The notes beneath the pieces are model-generated. The model made no database searches, was not told the origin of the DNA, and saw only the letters and a program-made list of their open reading frames with translations. Position numbers and translations under genes: made by a program. A DNA stretch of 64,000 nucleotides from Laetmonice hystrix (lineage: Eukaryota), in NCBI GenBank assembly GCA_965235115.1, contig OZ249445.1:10664001-10728000 (forward strand), written 5' to 3'. Positions 40,001-53,610 of the stretch are shown piece by piece; the first letter of the stretch is position 1; each line of letters opens with the position of its first letter.

Positions 40001-40999
40001 TTAGCCTTGGTTACTAGAAAAGACTGAACACAGCACGAGTTCGTTTATCGCCATTCTAGAAATCATGAACACAAAGGAATATAATTAAGTTATTAACCTG
40101 CGGAGACCTGTAATCTTAGATATTTACCTTATTTAAAAGATCAGGGTTTACTAAAATTTGAAAACCTGAATGGTAAACTCAAGTACATTTGTATTTACAC
40201 AAATAAATGGTAATATTTTCGACTAATAACATATACTCATCACTAACAACTAGACACGTAGCGTTAAGTGCACTTCAAACATTGTTAAAATGTGGCTCAT
40301 ATTTTAATGTAGATGAATACTGTACACATTTTTATAAATTAATATTCAAATTATTAATTTTTATTTTTAAAGCACCAGTACATTTCATTGTCTTAACATA
40401 TTAACGTGATCACATTATTATCGGGAGTGACACATCTTGACTCTTTGAATGTTATCCTTTTTTCCTTATAACATGATAGCATTGTCCCATTCCCTTTTGA
40501 CGTTGCTATTGCTCAGATGCCATTGGTGCGATAAAGATGACAGTGGAGTAGTGGGGCTCTGCCCAGGTGTGGATGGTAGTCAGTGTAAGGAAGCCAGCGG
40601 CAGCTGTAGCCCACCTTTCACCACCTGGCCTCCAACACTGACTGTACTAATGCCTCGCCGACTGCACCTCCTCTCAACCCCTCTGACACGTCACCTGGCC
40701 ACCAGGTGGCACCAGTCCACACCTGGTCAACGTGGGCCGCGGGTACCGCCGCCACACATACGGCTAGCTAAACTCGAAAACATCAACATGGAGAAGGTTG
40801 TGTATAGACTGAAAACACGATTAATATCACTATTGCTTCTTCTATAGTTTAAAATACCCCTTATCCCTCAGTGTTTTCACTAACAACATTATTAGTATAT
40901 TTTATATATGTCATATGGTGCGGCTAACACTGGCAATGATTCATTTCTGCCAGCCGCGCACAGGTTCGATCTTAAGACTTTTGACTAGCCAATAGCGAG

Positions 41000-43900
41000 G
41001 CTAGATAAAATGCCTTGCACGGTGAAAAGGTGAAACTCATTTTTAAAAGAAAATTCACACGTTACACCACATGTTCTAACTACAACTGTACGCTAGGCGG
41101 GCTGCAACATCAGAGTCCAGGTGAAGAACCCCCCGAAAATATATACAAAAGATATTGGAATGTCGCGTTCTCATACATATAGTTCTGAATACGCATTGCA
41201 AGTTTGCTCCCTTATACCGAGCAGTGAGTTGACCCAGTTCGGTACTGGCGACATGTTGTCATAAGCTTTCAGTGCATCACGCATATCAGTTAGTTTGTGC
41301 CATGGATACATTTCTATTACCTTAGTAAAGGGAGTACTACATTTTCAATGCCTCGATCTGTAAATTTCAATCAAACATGCACTAGTTGGATGAGGACTTG
41401 GGCAATAAGATATTTGGTAACTTCTGATGATAAATTAGTCCAAAAACGGCCCACTGCAAATAGGGTGTCGCAAGCAGTCTGGTTTTGCCTGGAATCTTGT
41501 GCCATCACGCACGTTCTCCTGACACACTTGCCAAGCCAATTATGAGCCATATGCTTACATCTACAGCTGACATCATGTCACTTTGTCAGCACTCCACTGT
41601 CGGAACTTTTCCTTTTGCATCCTGCATTAATTATTAAACAGCAAAGTCAGGCTTTTTTCATCCTTGCCTCATGATCCGTGCATATCATGTTTGCCGATGG
41701 AAAGATACTATGGGCATTTCAGAGCAAGGCGCTGTAGAAATGAAAAGAGACCTCTTCACCAATATACAATTATACATACGTATGTATCCTAGAAATTAAT
41801 GAGTTCTCTTACAATGTCGTGTTACTTAGAATCTTTCCAGGACAGGAGACAGACGTCATGATAGCATTTCAAGGGCATACAGCAGTCAATCTGTTCCTAT
41901 CATGAGAGTTCCTTTAAGATTTCAAGTAGCATAATAAAGGCTCTTCTCTCATTTTCCGAGGGCAATTCCGTCTATATTAACCCAACCTGTGTCATGTGAA
42001 CACGTTCAGAAATCAGGGCACAGTGACATGTGACGTCTGTCCCAAAGTCCACTAGGGCAAGAATGAATCCATGCCAGGTTTAAATAAAAGGGGGAATCTA
42101 ACATAGTCGGAGAAGTCCTGTTTCAGAGACTACAAAACAATAAAAAACCCTACGAGGTGAGTGCCTGATCTGTTGGTAATTCTACAACTATGTCCAACAG
42201 TGGAGCAGCCCAGACTTCTCCCTTACATTGCCTGACACATATATTCCCGATGAATCACTGACCTTCACTGGCCATGCATTTCACTTTGGGTTTTGACCTT
42301 CCCCCTGACCCCTGCTTCACATACATCTCGTGGGGAGTACCCTCCCCCCTCTCTCACAGGATAGGTAGTCCCCTTTCCGCAGGTTCTGTACCAAGGGCCT
42401 GTCCACCATGCGTACAGGTGTTCCATTTCAGGCACTGCCACCCCTGGTTTTGGGTCCCAATTAACTATGTCAGAGTCCCGCGATGCTGCATGCCTTTGGC
42501 GGCTTTATTTCATTGAGAGTCAGTTGTCTTTCTCTGTTTCAGTCGTGGACCTACATCCTCGTACCTCAGCCCTGGAACAAAAAACCTGCGGCCTCCATCG
42601 GACCCCGTGACACGGCAGGGTCGTTTAATGAGGACGTCCACCAGTTCAACTTCCTGCACTCCAATAAATATGCATGTTCATGCTGAGGAAACATTCCTAC
42701 AAATTCAATACCGAGACTCTGCAATGGTGTCACTATTTTAGGTGCTAACACAAAATCTCTGCTGATCCTTAACCTCTAAATGTGAATGTATGGCATTCCC
42801 CCCCCCCCCCCCCACAAATAAAATGACCCGATATCTTGATCGCATTGAAGTAAAAGCAAGTCACCCCTGATTCCCGATCCTAAAGTTACAGGAGTGCACA
42901 ATTTTCCACCCAGCCTTTCATTAATTACATAAAATGTTCCTATAGGCCTAGCTGGGTATTTTATACAGGTAGTTTTTCCCAAATTATCAGATCTTATTAA
43001 CAGGACGCTGACTCGGGTTGGCTAATCCTAACACCCGATCAAAGCTTCTAATGACCGTCTGAGCCGACCTTCTTATCTGGAGGCTACCCCACCCCAAAAA
43101 AATCTGCTTCTCCGCCGAATTCCCCGAGTGGTTCACCTAGAGGGTGTTCTGGGTCAGGTTTAGCTACAGACCTGCTGCGACGCGGCGGCCGCCACGTCTA
43201 TACCGGTGGCAAGTGACAAGGCTTGATGATGGATCAGCAGCCTACATTCGCCAACATTTGATGGAACAGCCAGGGCCCGGGCTCTCTCTCCCAATAAACC
43301 ACCAGTCCCACGCCCCCCCCCCCCCTGCCAGCCTCCTCTACCCCATCACTGCTAGGCCTACTTACCCGCTTACTCCTCCTTAGTCATCAAAACTACGCCA
43401 CTACCATTCATCACAACCCAATTTTTGCTTCATTTTTCGTCTCCCTTAAATTAACGAATGAATCTATGTTGTGATGATATGCAAAAGTGAGCAATGAGGA
43501 ATGGCTTTTTATATGCGCCTGTAACTACATATTACTAACGAGTAGACTTAAGCTGCACAGGTTTAGCATCTTGCCACTATGTTCCGCAAACATTCAAAAG
43601 CATGTGGTGTTCATAAATGGTACACGGATCTCAGCGACGTACCTGTTCACAGTGTGGAGGAACGTTGCCAGTTACATGATCCAAACATTAAGCTGAGTCT
43701 GTACCACATGATGATGAATGAAATAGGATACCGTCCATGTACAGCTAGCAAAACGACTTGATCAGTATTTCTGCTAGAAATGGCCCGTTATTAATAAGAT
43801 TATAACATCATATAAGCTGTTCAACTACATTAATTTCTTTTGCATACATACAAGGTAAGGTAGGCATGCTTTCTTGTAATTCATGAACCCACAACCAGTC

Positions 43901-45760
43901 TGCCATGACATGAAGTTCTGCTAGCCCCAAAATGTATCCTTTACCACACTGGTAGAGATGTACCGGTATTGTAAAATAAATAGCTTCAGTTTTTGAACCC
44001 ATCAATGAGGTTTTCGACGATGTTAATGTGAACTTTCATGACCAAGGCCCTAGACAGCTCTAGAATTCCTGTTTTGTAAACAGTCATAAGAACTTTGAAC
44101 AACTTTGAACAAAATTTGAAGATTTTGGCGAGGGATCAGGTTTTGGCGAAGTTTTACAAGTACCGTGGGCATGCTGTGCTCTGGGTTGGACTCATTAGCA
44201 GAGGGAGATGAGAGGGATGTTATGTGGAGTGGGGATGTGACAGAACCCACACCGAGTTAACCAGGTTCCACTATGGTGAACATGAGCGATAAGCACCACT
44301 GACAGCCACCAAGGGCACCGATCCATTCATCAGCAAGCAGGCATCGACAGAGATGTCCTTCCGAGGAGACATTCGCCAGCCAGGATTATGGAAATAGATG
44401 GCCCGGCCAGCTTGGGTAAGGCAAGCTTCCTGTCTGAAGCTTCTGCTCCAACGGCTCCATTTGTGTGTTCTTCATCAGTCAGGAAGCAAGGTGGGGAGAG
44501 CCATTTCCTTCACAGTTTGCCACTTAGGGAACAGAATAGATTTTTTGCGCTTGGAACTCAGTCAATAAGGTCAACCTCTGAAAAACTGATATCCATTCAT
44601 CAATTTTATCTTTGGACAGAGATGCCACCATAAATTCGATCCCGAGTGTGACGCCTTATGCAGAGTTCACTGGCCAATTTGGTCACAGGCCTGCCTCCTC
44701 GTGAAAGGCTGCCTTCCAGTGATCTGGATGTAACATGAAGAATTGCATTTCTTCTCCTACATGTACTCAAAATGATAATGTGAATAACAATACCGTTGAA
44801 ATAAAATTATTCAAACAAGACAAGTGGCCATCTTAATCAGTTTGACTAACAAATAGATGGAATCTTGCAGATTGTAAAATTAATGCAAACTGTGGGCAGT
44901 CAATCCAATCATCTTATTCAGACATTACAAGCTGAATCTTGGTGAAAACATCTCTATGCCCTTATCCCACAAGGTTATGGATGAATGTAAACTTGTATGC
45001 CTGCTGCTGAACAAGCGAGTCCACGCATCAGCTGTGGTAGACAAGCTTTACTTATTAATTTGGAGTAGAATATAAAATTGAGACCATTGCTGCCACACTG
45101 TGCCATAACTGTCATGCCCTGCCCATCTGGTGGTATGACTGACCCGTTCACTTCACTACGCTCACCCTCCCTACCCCCCCCCCCCCCTTCTCCTCACCAT
45201 CCACCCCCTTCCCTATAAATTATGCCGTGCCAATGACTCCAGTGGTCACTTGGCCACCGGCCCTCCCACCCGTGCCATGGATCATGGGAGGCAGGTATTA
45301 ATTCTACCCTTTCCCTTTGCCCAATTTTCCTGATAGGCCAATGTGAGGCTGCTCAATGGAGAAGCTGCCGCCAAATGGAGCAGCAGACTCTCAATACCGC
45401 CTGACAAAGCCGCCCCCTGGAAATCCCTCCAAAGGCCAGCAGGGCCATATTAATTTAGCACTGCCGGACTTGATAGATGAGCCGGCAGGAGGAAAATTGA
45501 ATGTATGGCTCTCACTGGCATACTATTTCACCAATACGGACCATATCCGACAAGCATGAGTCCCATCGCAACATATTTTCTTTCCAACACAGATTTATTT
45601 CCCATCACTGTTGAATCCCTCGGGGAAAAATGGAACATTCCAATACAGCAACACATCCTACAATTTTACAATAATAAAATTTCTAGCATAGACGCCACTT
45701 TGCTTCGTTTATGACCTTGATCAGTTGAAATGATCATATCTCTGGACTGGTAAATTTTAA
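41000..45760 (-). pseudogene. Decayed coding segments of unknown function (several probable ORFs)
   Basis: 42776..42982 and 42566..42751 share a frame. Further long stretches include VHVGEEMQFFMLHPDHWKAAF...DKIDEWISVFQRLTLL (~44.5-44.8 kb) and SVLERKYVAMGLMLVGYGPYW...GIESLLLHLAAA (~45.3-45.6 kb). Confidence 0.3.
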
Positions 45761-46549
45761 TAAAGGAACATTACAGAATAAAACCATAAATTAGCGTTCA
45801 AACAAATGATTTCACTCCCATACATGTGTCTGACAACTATTTATGTTATTCTACACCTTTAATATTCATGCCTAGAGGAAAAAGATTATAATAGGTTTGT
45901 AAGCTTTTTCCTTCCAAAATTGAGGGGGCAAGGTGTATGGCAAACGGTTCTCTTTTAATTGTTGAGTGTTCCCCCTGGGATAGAAATCAGACCAATAAAT
46001 CAGGGAGAATCCCTATCGCTCCAACAGTAGGGCAGGTTCAACAAAATAATGTGCGAAAGTCTTAGATTTTGTTGGATTTGGGTTTTACGCCTTTGCAACA
46101 GCCAGGTTTGATATCAAGGCAGTCGGTGGAGGGAACCGAAGAATCCCAGGGAAAACAAACAGCAGACAAATCTGGCCAACATAATTACCTTATAAGTTTC
46201 TTATGTATGGTACCCTACATTAGGTACTACAAATATAATTGTTTCTTGTGACTAATGACAAAACAAAAACAGCTAAAAAAATACAAATCCATAAAACATG
46301 TACTTTTCAAATTTCCCCACCATAAAAAGAAGCAAAATTTCCATAAAACTTCAAACTGCAGATCCTGGTTGGAAAAAAAATCATGATTTTTTTTTATACT
46401 CAATTTCTCCAGATCAGTCAAGGAATGTACCGGTACAGCCCCTATAACATAGATATATAGGCAGCAAATGTGGGGTGCATGGGGGCACTATGCCCCGCAA
46501 TATTCCAATGTCTTTTGTAGATTTGTTATTGAATATTAATTAGGCTTAT

Positions 46550-47234
46550 CAGGGTTTACACAACTTTGGACTAATAAAATTCTCGGCCATCTCCAGCACA
46601 TTTGACAATGACACTCATTTTCCAGGAAATTATTTTAAGAAGTAAACTTCTTTAGTGGCTGTTAAATATGATTTTATGAAATTTTTGTCAGAACAAAAAT
46701 ACCATCATGCGTAATGTTCAGTGTATTTTTCACTTTTTCAAAAGCTGTGGTGTTCCTGTTTACACCCATTATTTTACGTGTAATATATATGGATTCCAAA
46801 AATAAAGGTGTGTCCCACTGTTTTCAATGCCCAGGGAAAGCAACAAAGGGATCTGATGGTGACACCGTCCAGTGTCTGGACAGTGACCAGGGATCGAAAT
46901 TATTGGAAGTTATTGAGCAATTTGCTTCCTCAAGATCATGAATTGCTTCCCTCAGGGGTGTGATCAGGTGAAGGAAAAAAAGCCTGAACTTTTGTGGTGC
47001 AACTTGGGCCGAGGGTGGCAGGGGTGTCTCCTCCCTCAGCGAAAAATGTGACAATTTTAGGTTTAAAATGGTGCAATCTGATGCATTTTGGAGGTGTTAT
47101 TTTAGTTTTGCTCTAAAAATGGCCCACAGCTTATACGTGTATGGAAAAATATTGTAGTGCTTTTCCAGGACATTCCAGGGCTGGAAAATGGAAACTGAAA
47201 ATTCCAGGACTTTCCAGGACATGGCCGAACCCTG
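46550..47234. mobile_element. Possible older CAGGGTT-ended DNA transposon remnant
   Basis: Termini CAGGGTT.../...AACCCTG; flanks GCTTAT and GCCTAT (1 mismatch); subterminal TTCCAGG(A/G)C repeats; host-like AT-rich interior. Confidence 0.4.
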
Positions 47235-47775
47235 GCCTATCCCTTGACCCATCATTCACTATCTCAGGCAAAGTGCCCCACCCCCAATTATATAAATGTT
47301 CGTAAGATAAGGAGCATTGCCAGTTTAAACCGGGATATGGGTATCTACTTTTATGCAGTTTTCAGACAAGATATACCAGATTACTGTTCTGGCAATATCT
47401 TCTAATCTCATGGTTATCTGTTCCAGCCAGGTAGCATTCACACACAAGAAATATTCAGGCAACATAGCATGGACACACAAACGGATATTGGCTGCTAGCC
47501 GATATTATTTTGGTTCTGTGTGAAATTGGCATTACCATTGCCCATTGCATTAGTCTGACTCTAACTTACTAAGTAAAATTAGATTGTCAAACAATGTCAG
47601 GTACATAACTTTGGGGGATTTTACTCCATTCTATTTCTATTCTATTTAAATTATCATCTAAAAAGTTGCAAAACTATCCTTTTCTACACTTCCTTTTAAC
47701 TAACTGGCCTACTTACTTGACTGGCCGACAAGATAAATCGTGGGATGGAGTGAGCCACAATAAATCTGTAACTTG

Positions 47776-48168
47776 CATAGGCGCCAGAAGCGGGGGGGCA
47801 GGGGGGGGCGACTGCCCCCTCAATAATCTGGTTGGGGGGCATCGCCCCCCCAATAATCTGTGATCATGAATGAAAAAAAGGCAGGTTTTTCCACATACAG
47901 TAGGCCTGTTGAAACTATGACTTGGGTGCGTCAAAGACTGGGTCGATTGTCCTGATGATACATTGATACATTGTAATTTATTCATTTACGCCTTCAAAAC
48001 ATAACAAATCCTGCCTCAAAATGGCATAGAAAAGCGTTTTAAGGTGTGTAGTTTTTAAAATTTTCTTGGGGAGGGCCTCTGATCCTGCTTTACTAAGCAT
48101 GTTGTAGCCTATGACTTTCGCTTCAGCTTTCTTGCCCCCCCAATAATAATTTGCTTCCGGCGCCCCTG
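47776..48168. mobile_element. 393-bp hAT-type MITE with 8-bp TSD
   Basis: Imperfect TIR CATAGGCGCCAGAAGC / GCTTCCGGCGCCCCTG; exact TSD GTAACTTG at 47768-47775 and 48169-48176. Confidence 0.88.
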
Positions 48169-49860
48169 GTAACTTGTGTCCAATTTTATTTGTGTGGGAC
48201 ACTAACAGTAACACTAACAGTACTAACAGTAACACAGTAACAGCCAGGCCAAGGAAACACATCCACAGCAAGGTACAACTCAACGTGTCAGTTTACTCAA
48301 TCTATGAGTAGTATGACAGTTTTCAATGTCCAAAAATTGAATCTTAAATCCATGCAACCTTGTGTTTATCTGAAATAAACATCCCTGGCTCCTGTTGACG
48401 TATGGGTACTTTATCAAGGCCGAAAGTAGATAGGCCTAGCCTATACGGTATACGGTAGTGATATACCCTTGATTTCGCTCAAACTATTTTGTGACCCAAT
48501 TCCCGTCGTATGCGATGTAGATGTAGGCAACGCACTAGTCTTGTGTTTGCATGAATAAAATCCAGGTCGGCCGCATATTTGCTGCAAGCCGTGCATGACA
48601 CTATATGACCTGCCACATGTACGGTAGCTGTCTGATTATGACCATGTCTTAATACACATTACGGAAATGGAAAACGGCCACGAGAGACGGACCTACACTG
48701 GCTTTCAACACTGGCCCCTTCTCACATGGCTGCAAACAACAGCTGAACTTTCTTTCTTGGCACGCACCACAGGGTTCGTCGACCCGCCAGTTGCCACCTG
48801 ATTTCTCATTGATTGCAAACCATGATAAGAATACCTATGAAATAACAGGGTCTTACCTTAAATTTACGATTTCTGCGTCATTCTAGCCGGTAATCTACTC
48901 GAATAACTCATTTGACGGTACTTCTCAAGCCTATGACCTCCATGACGGCCTAGTCACTTCTTGATCATGTGACAGCTTTTCAACATTTTGATTGGACAAG
49001 ACTAGTTGGCGGTAAAAGATCAAAAGGAAGTAAGTCAGCTTGTCCCGTGAACATTCAACAACCAGTCTTAATTTAAAAAGACAACATCTGGCATTTATAG
49101 GTACAATTCCAATAAAAAGCACAGTGTAGTTTAAAGACACTTAGGCCAGATTTGAACATATGCAAATGATACGGGCCGGTGTATTTTATCTTCATGTTGG
49201 TTGACAGAAAACACGGAGTGCGACCGATGCCTAACAGGAAGGGAACAGTTGCAGCAGGTGCGCGATAGATGGACTCGGCGCCAGTTGGTGGCGCCATCTG
49301 TCGATAAAATACTGATGTTGTGGTCGTCTGCTTCACGAGGCCGAAATACAAACTAGCGACACACTCCTCACCCTATCCTCACCCCTGCCCCTCCCCAACA
49401 GAACACACTCTACGGACTCTTTATTCATCCATTATTTGCTGAGCCTGGCTCAGTGGCTGAGGAGATATACTTTGTCTTTATATTTTATCTTTATAATTTG
49501 TATAAGCCGGCCTACAACATCATAGACAGTGAAAAACTCTAGACAAAAAAGGAGCCTGGGGCTGTGGTAAGAAGAGGCATCGGAACCAGCTGAACGGGTA
49601 GGGGGTTGCAGCACGTTAACTTACGGCACTGTGTCTATAGTCTAGATAAGATAGTTTTGGGGATTTAGGTTTATAACGTTAGCGTAAAACGTTGGATAGA
49701 TTTGGTAAAGGGAGGAGTTATTATATTAGAAGTAGAATATAATATATTACTTAGTAAAACGTCGGGCTCCGCCTAGACATATTTACACTCACCAGCGACT
49801 GTGACACACATCAGGAACGCAGGCGTGCTGGTGATCTACAAAACATCGTAAGCCGCGAAC

Positions 49861-50375
49861 GCTGGGTGGCAGCACCTGACGGTAGGCCTATATTTTACTG
49901 AAGTTGGGGCATTTGGCACATTTACCATATCTCAATGCATGGATTAACGAGAATAATTTATTATCTTTTTACGTTGGGTTTGAGACAATAGAATGGCAGT
50001 TGATATGGGATTGAACTATTAATCGAAATCACCTGCTCAACTGGCGACTTACACAATATAATTTATGTATTCTTTCAACACTGGGTGGCAGCACCGGACG
50101 GTGCATCACTGACTGGTCCCCTGCTCAATCTTCCGAGAGGAGCTGAGCAGGGGACCAGCCAGTGTATGCCTGAAATAAGATCATACTAATTTTGAGGTAT
50201 TTGGCACACTTGTAATTTCTCCTGCATAACTCCATAATTTATTGTTTGTCTTTTTTACGTAAAGCCACGGCTTTACAGCAGGAAAATGACAGGATTAAAT
50301 TATTGTTCGAAACAACGTGTTCAACTGGTGACTTGCACAATATAATTCATATCTTTAACACTAGGTGGCAGCACT
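49861..50375. repeat. Diverged ~220-bp tandem duplication upstream of LC3, each unit bounded by a CTCF-like CT(G/A)GGTGGCAGCAC motif
   Basis: Motifs at ~49862, 50081 and 50361. Shared blocks ATTTGGCACA, ATAATTTATT and TCAACTGG(C/T)GACTT(A/G)CACAATATAATT. The second unit is ~60 nt longer because of the hairpin insertion. Confidence 0.7.
50107..50164. repeat. 21-bp inverted repeat (hairpin) with 16-nt loop
   Basis: CACTGACTGGTCCCCTGCTCA (50107-50127) pairs with TGAGCAGGGGACCAGCCAGTG (50144-50164), one mismatch. Confidence 0.8.
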
Positions 50376-50545
50376 GAACAGTGCGTGTCGATATTGGTTT
50401 AGAGATATAACATCAGATGGCGCCACTATGTTCCCTGTTTCCCACTCTCTCGGTGGGGGTGTATGTAACAGCATAAACACGGGACGGCCATTGTTGTTTT
50501 CGTTATCTGCGTACACACTGTTAGTGACTACTTTCCGAGCGCAGT

Positions 50546-51983
<1,438 letters not shown>

Positions 51984-53610
51984 AGTCTTGAAATTACAGA
52001 AGATATAGCTTATATGAGTACCAAGTGCTCAGTGTATATTTATAAATAATGCAAGAAGTGCGTGTTTATCTACTAACTAACCAGTCAGACCTAGGTTATT
52101 AGATACTAGTTAATCCAGTTTTCTGTGACCAAACATGTTTAACTTGTATAAAAATCATCTACTAATCTGATAATCTGGCCAGCATACTATAAACTTTTAA
52201 CAGATAAAGTCCTGACTGATATTTGGAAAGAACAGATGAACATTCTCACATACAAGACATCTTTTTCATGCCAACCAGCATGTTTTGATTCTGACTGTAT
52301 TCTTGTTATCACCTTGGTCCTATAACCTCAACTCAGTGGGGGGTTGGGCACTGTTTCTGTTTCATCCATTTAACTGGACTATTGTTATATTGTCAAGATT
52401 GATATATCACTAAATAACATGGTCACAAATTTTGTACTGGGAGTGCTTTTCTTTGGTGTCGCTACTCTTGTATGGTCAGAGGTATATTTAAATACATTGA
52501 TGAAAAAGAGAATCTGAGGATGCGATTGTGTTGAGATGAATGGATTGAAATTCTCCAGGTGGGCTCAGGTAACAAAGAGAGCGGTTCTGGTTGTCAGACA
52601 TGATGTATAGTGCTTGAACAAGTAATTCAAGCACACATTTTAGGGGGTGTGATACTGTCTTTATACGATGGTCTATCTTAATTATTCAGCTTACTTCATA
52701 GAGAAAAGAAGATAGAACACTTTCCTTTAATTGTACAGTCAAAATGTTTTGTGTTAAAGGTTCAGCTAGAGTTGCATGGAAAATGGTACGGTGATGATTT
52801 GTAAAAAGTTGCTTATCCTATTTTAACCTTCAGCTGTGAATATCAGTTTAATAATTTGTAAATACTTTCTCATTCTATCTGCTTTTCTTGGCAGTTTCCT
52901 GCCGTCTTCAGGGCCTAAGGATGTCTTCAAATGTTTTACTTTACATTGCAACCGTGGAATCAGAATTTAGCTTTGTAACTAGAGGATTACATTTATAATT
53001 CTGTAGTGAATGTACAGTACATGTATACAGATATTGAATATTAACAATCTAAATGAGAGTTTCTTTTTTAATGATTCCTTTTGATATAAGTAGTCATTTC
53101 TAAAAATGAAGAATCAAAAATGTAAAAGACTGTCACTCGCATGAGGAGTGGATACCACATAAATCCTGTGGTAGAGATCGAGAGTGTTGTTTTGGTTTAA
53201 GATATTTCTGGTTAGCGTTGTGTTTATTGTATTATAATAGATATCAAAGCGAGTCGTCATACGCCTTTGGTGTGTCGGATCTTCTTCGGGATCTACAGGA
53301 AACATTGTATTTGTCCATGAGAGTTAATGCAAATATTATCAATAACTCTACTAGTTTAGTGTGGTATGGCTTGCCTCGGCAACGAATGATATTTCTATTG
53401 TGGTTCCCGTACTTAACAATAAGAAATATGATTTCACTGATCATTGGAATGTAAGAGAATTGACTCCTATACCCACAATGATTTACCTAAGCCAGTTTCG
53501 TGACACAGTGATACTTATTCCAGATACATGAGAAAAGTAAATCAGAGAGCCCTGCCTTTGAGAAAAAAAACTAAACACGTATAAGGTTGTGCTGTACTGT
53601 GACATGAGTA

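Larger units (their letters stand above)
1..48900 (-). mobile_element. Large decayed coding-dense element (candidate endogenised large DNA virus or giant mobile element); left end lies outside the window, right end approximate
   Basis: Manual translation gives near-continuous protein-like frames, mostly on the minus strand, broken by stops and frameshifts. By eye the + strand is C/A-skewed. There is little spacer DNA and no recognisable intact host gene over ~48 kb. Host MITEs are inserted inside it. Identity is inferred; no hallmark gene was firmly recognised. Confidence 0.4.

Noticed and set aside
43805-43840. QKKLM*LNSLYD resembling PolB motif B (KxxxNSxYG)
   Set aside because: The K-N spacing is off by one, it contains a stop, and it lies ~5 kb from the motif-C-like site; chance is plausible.
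48300-48315. AGTAGT as a Polinton terminus
   Set aside because: Wrong orientation for a right end and no long TIR visible.
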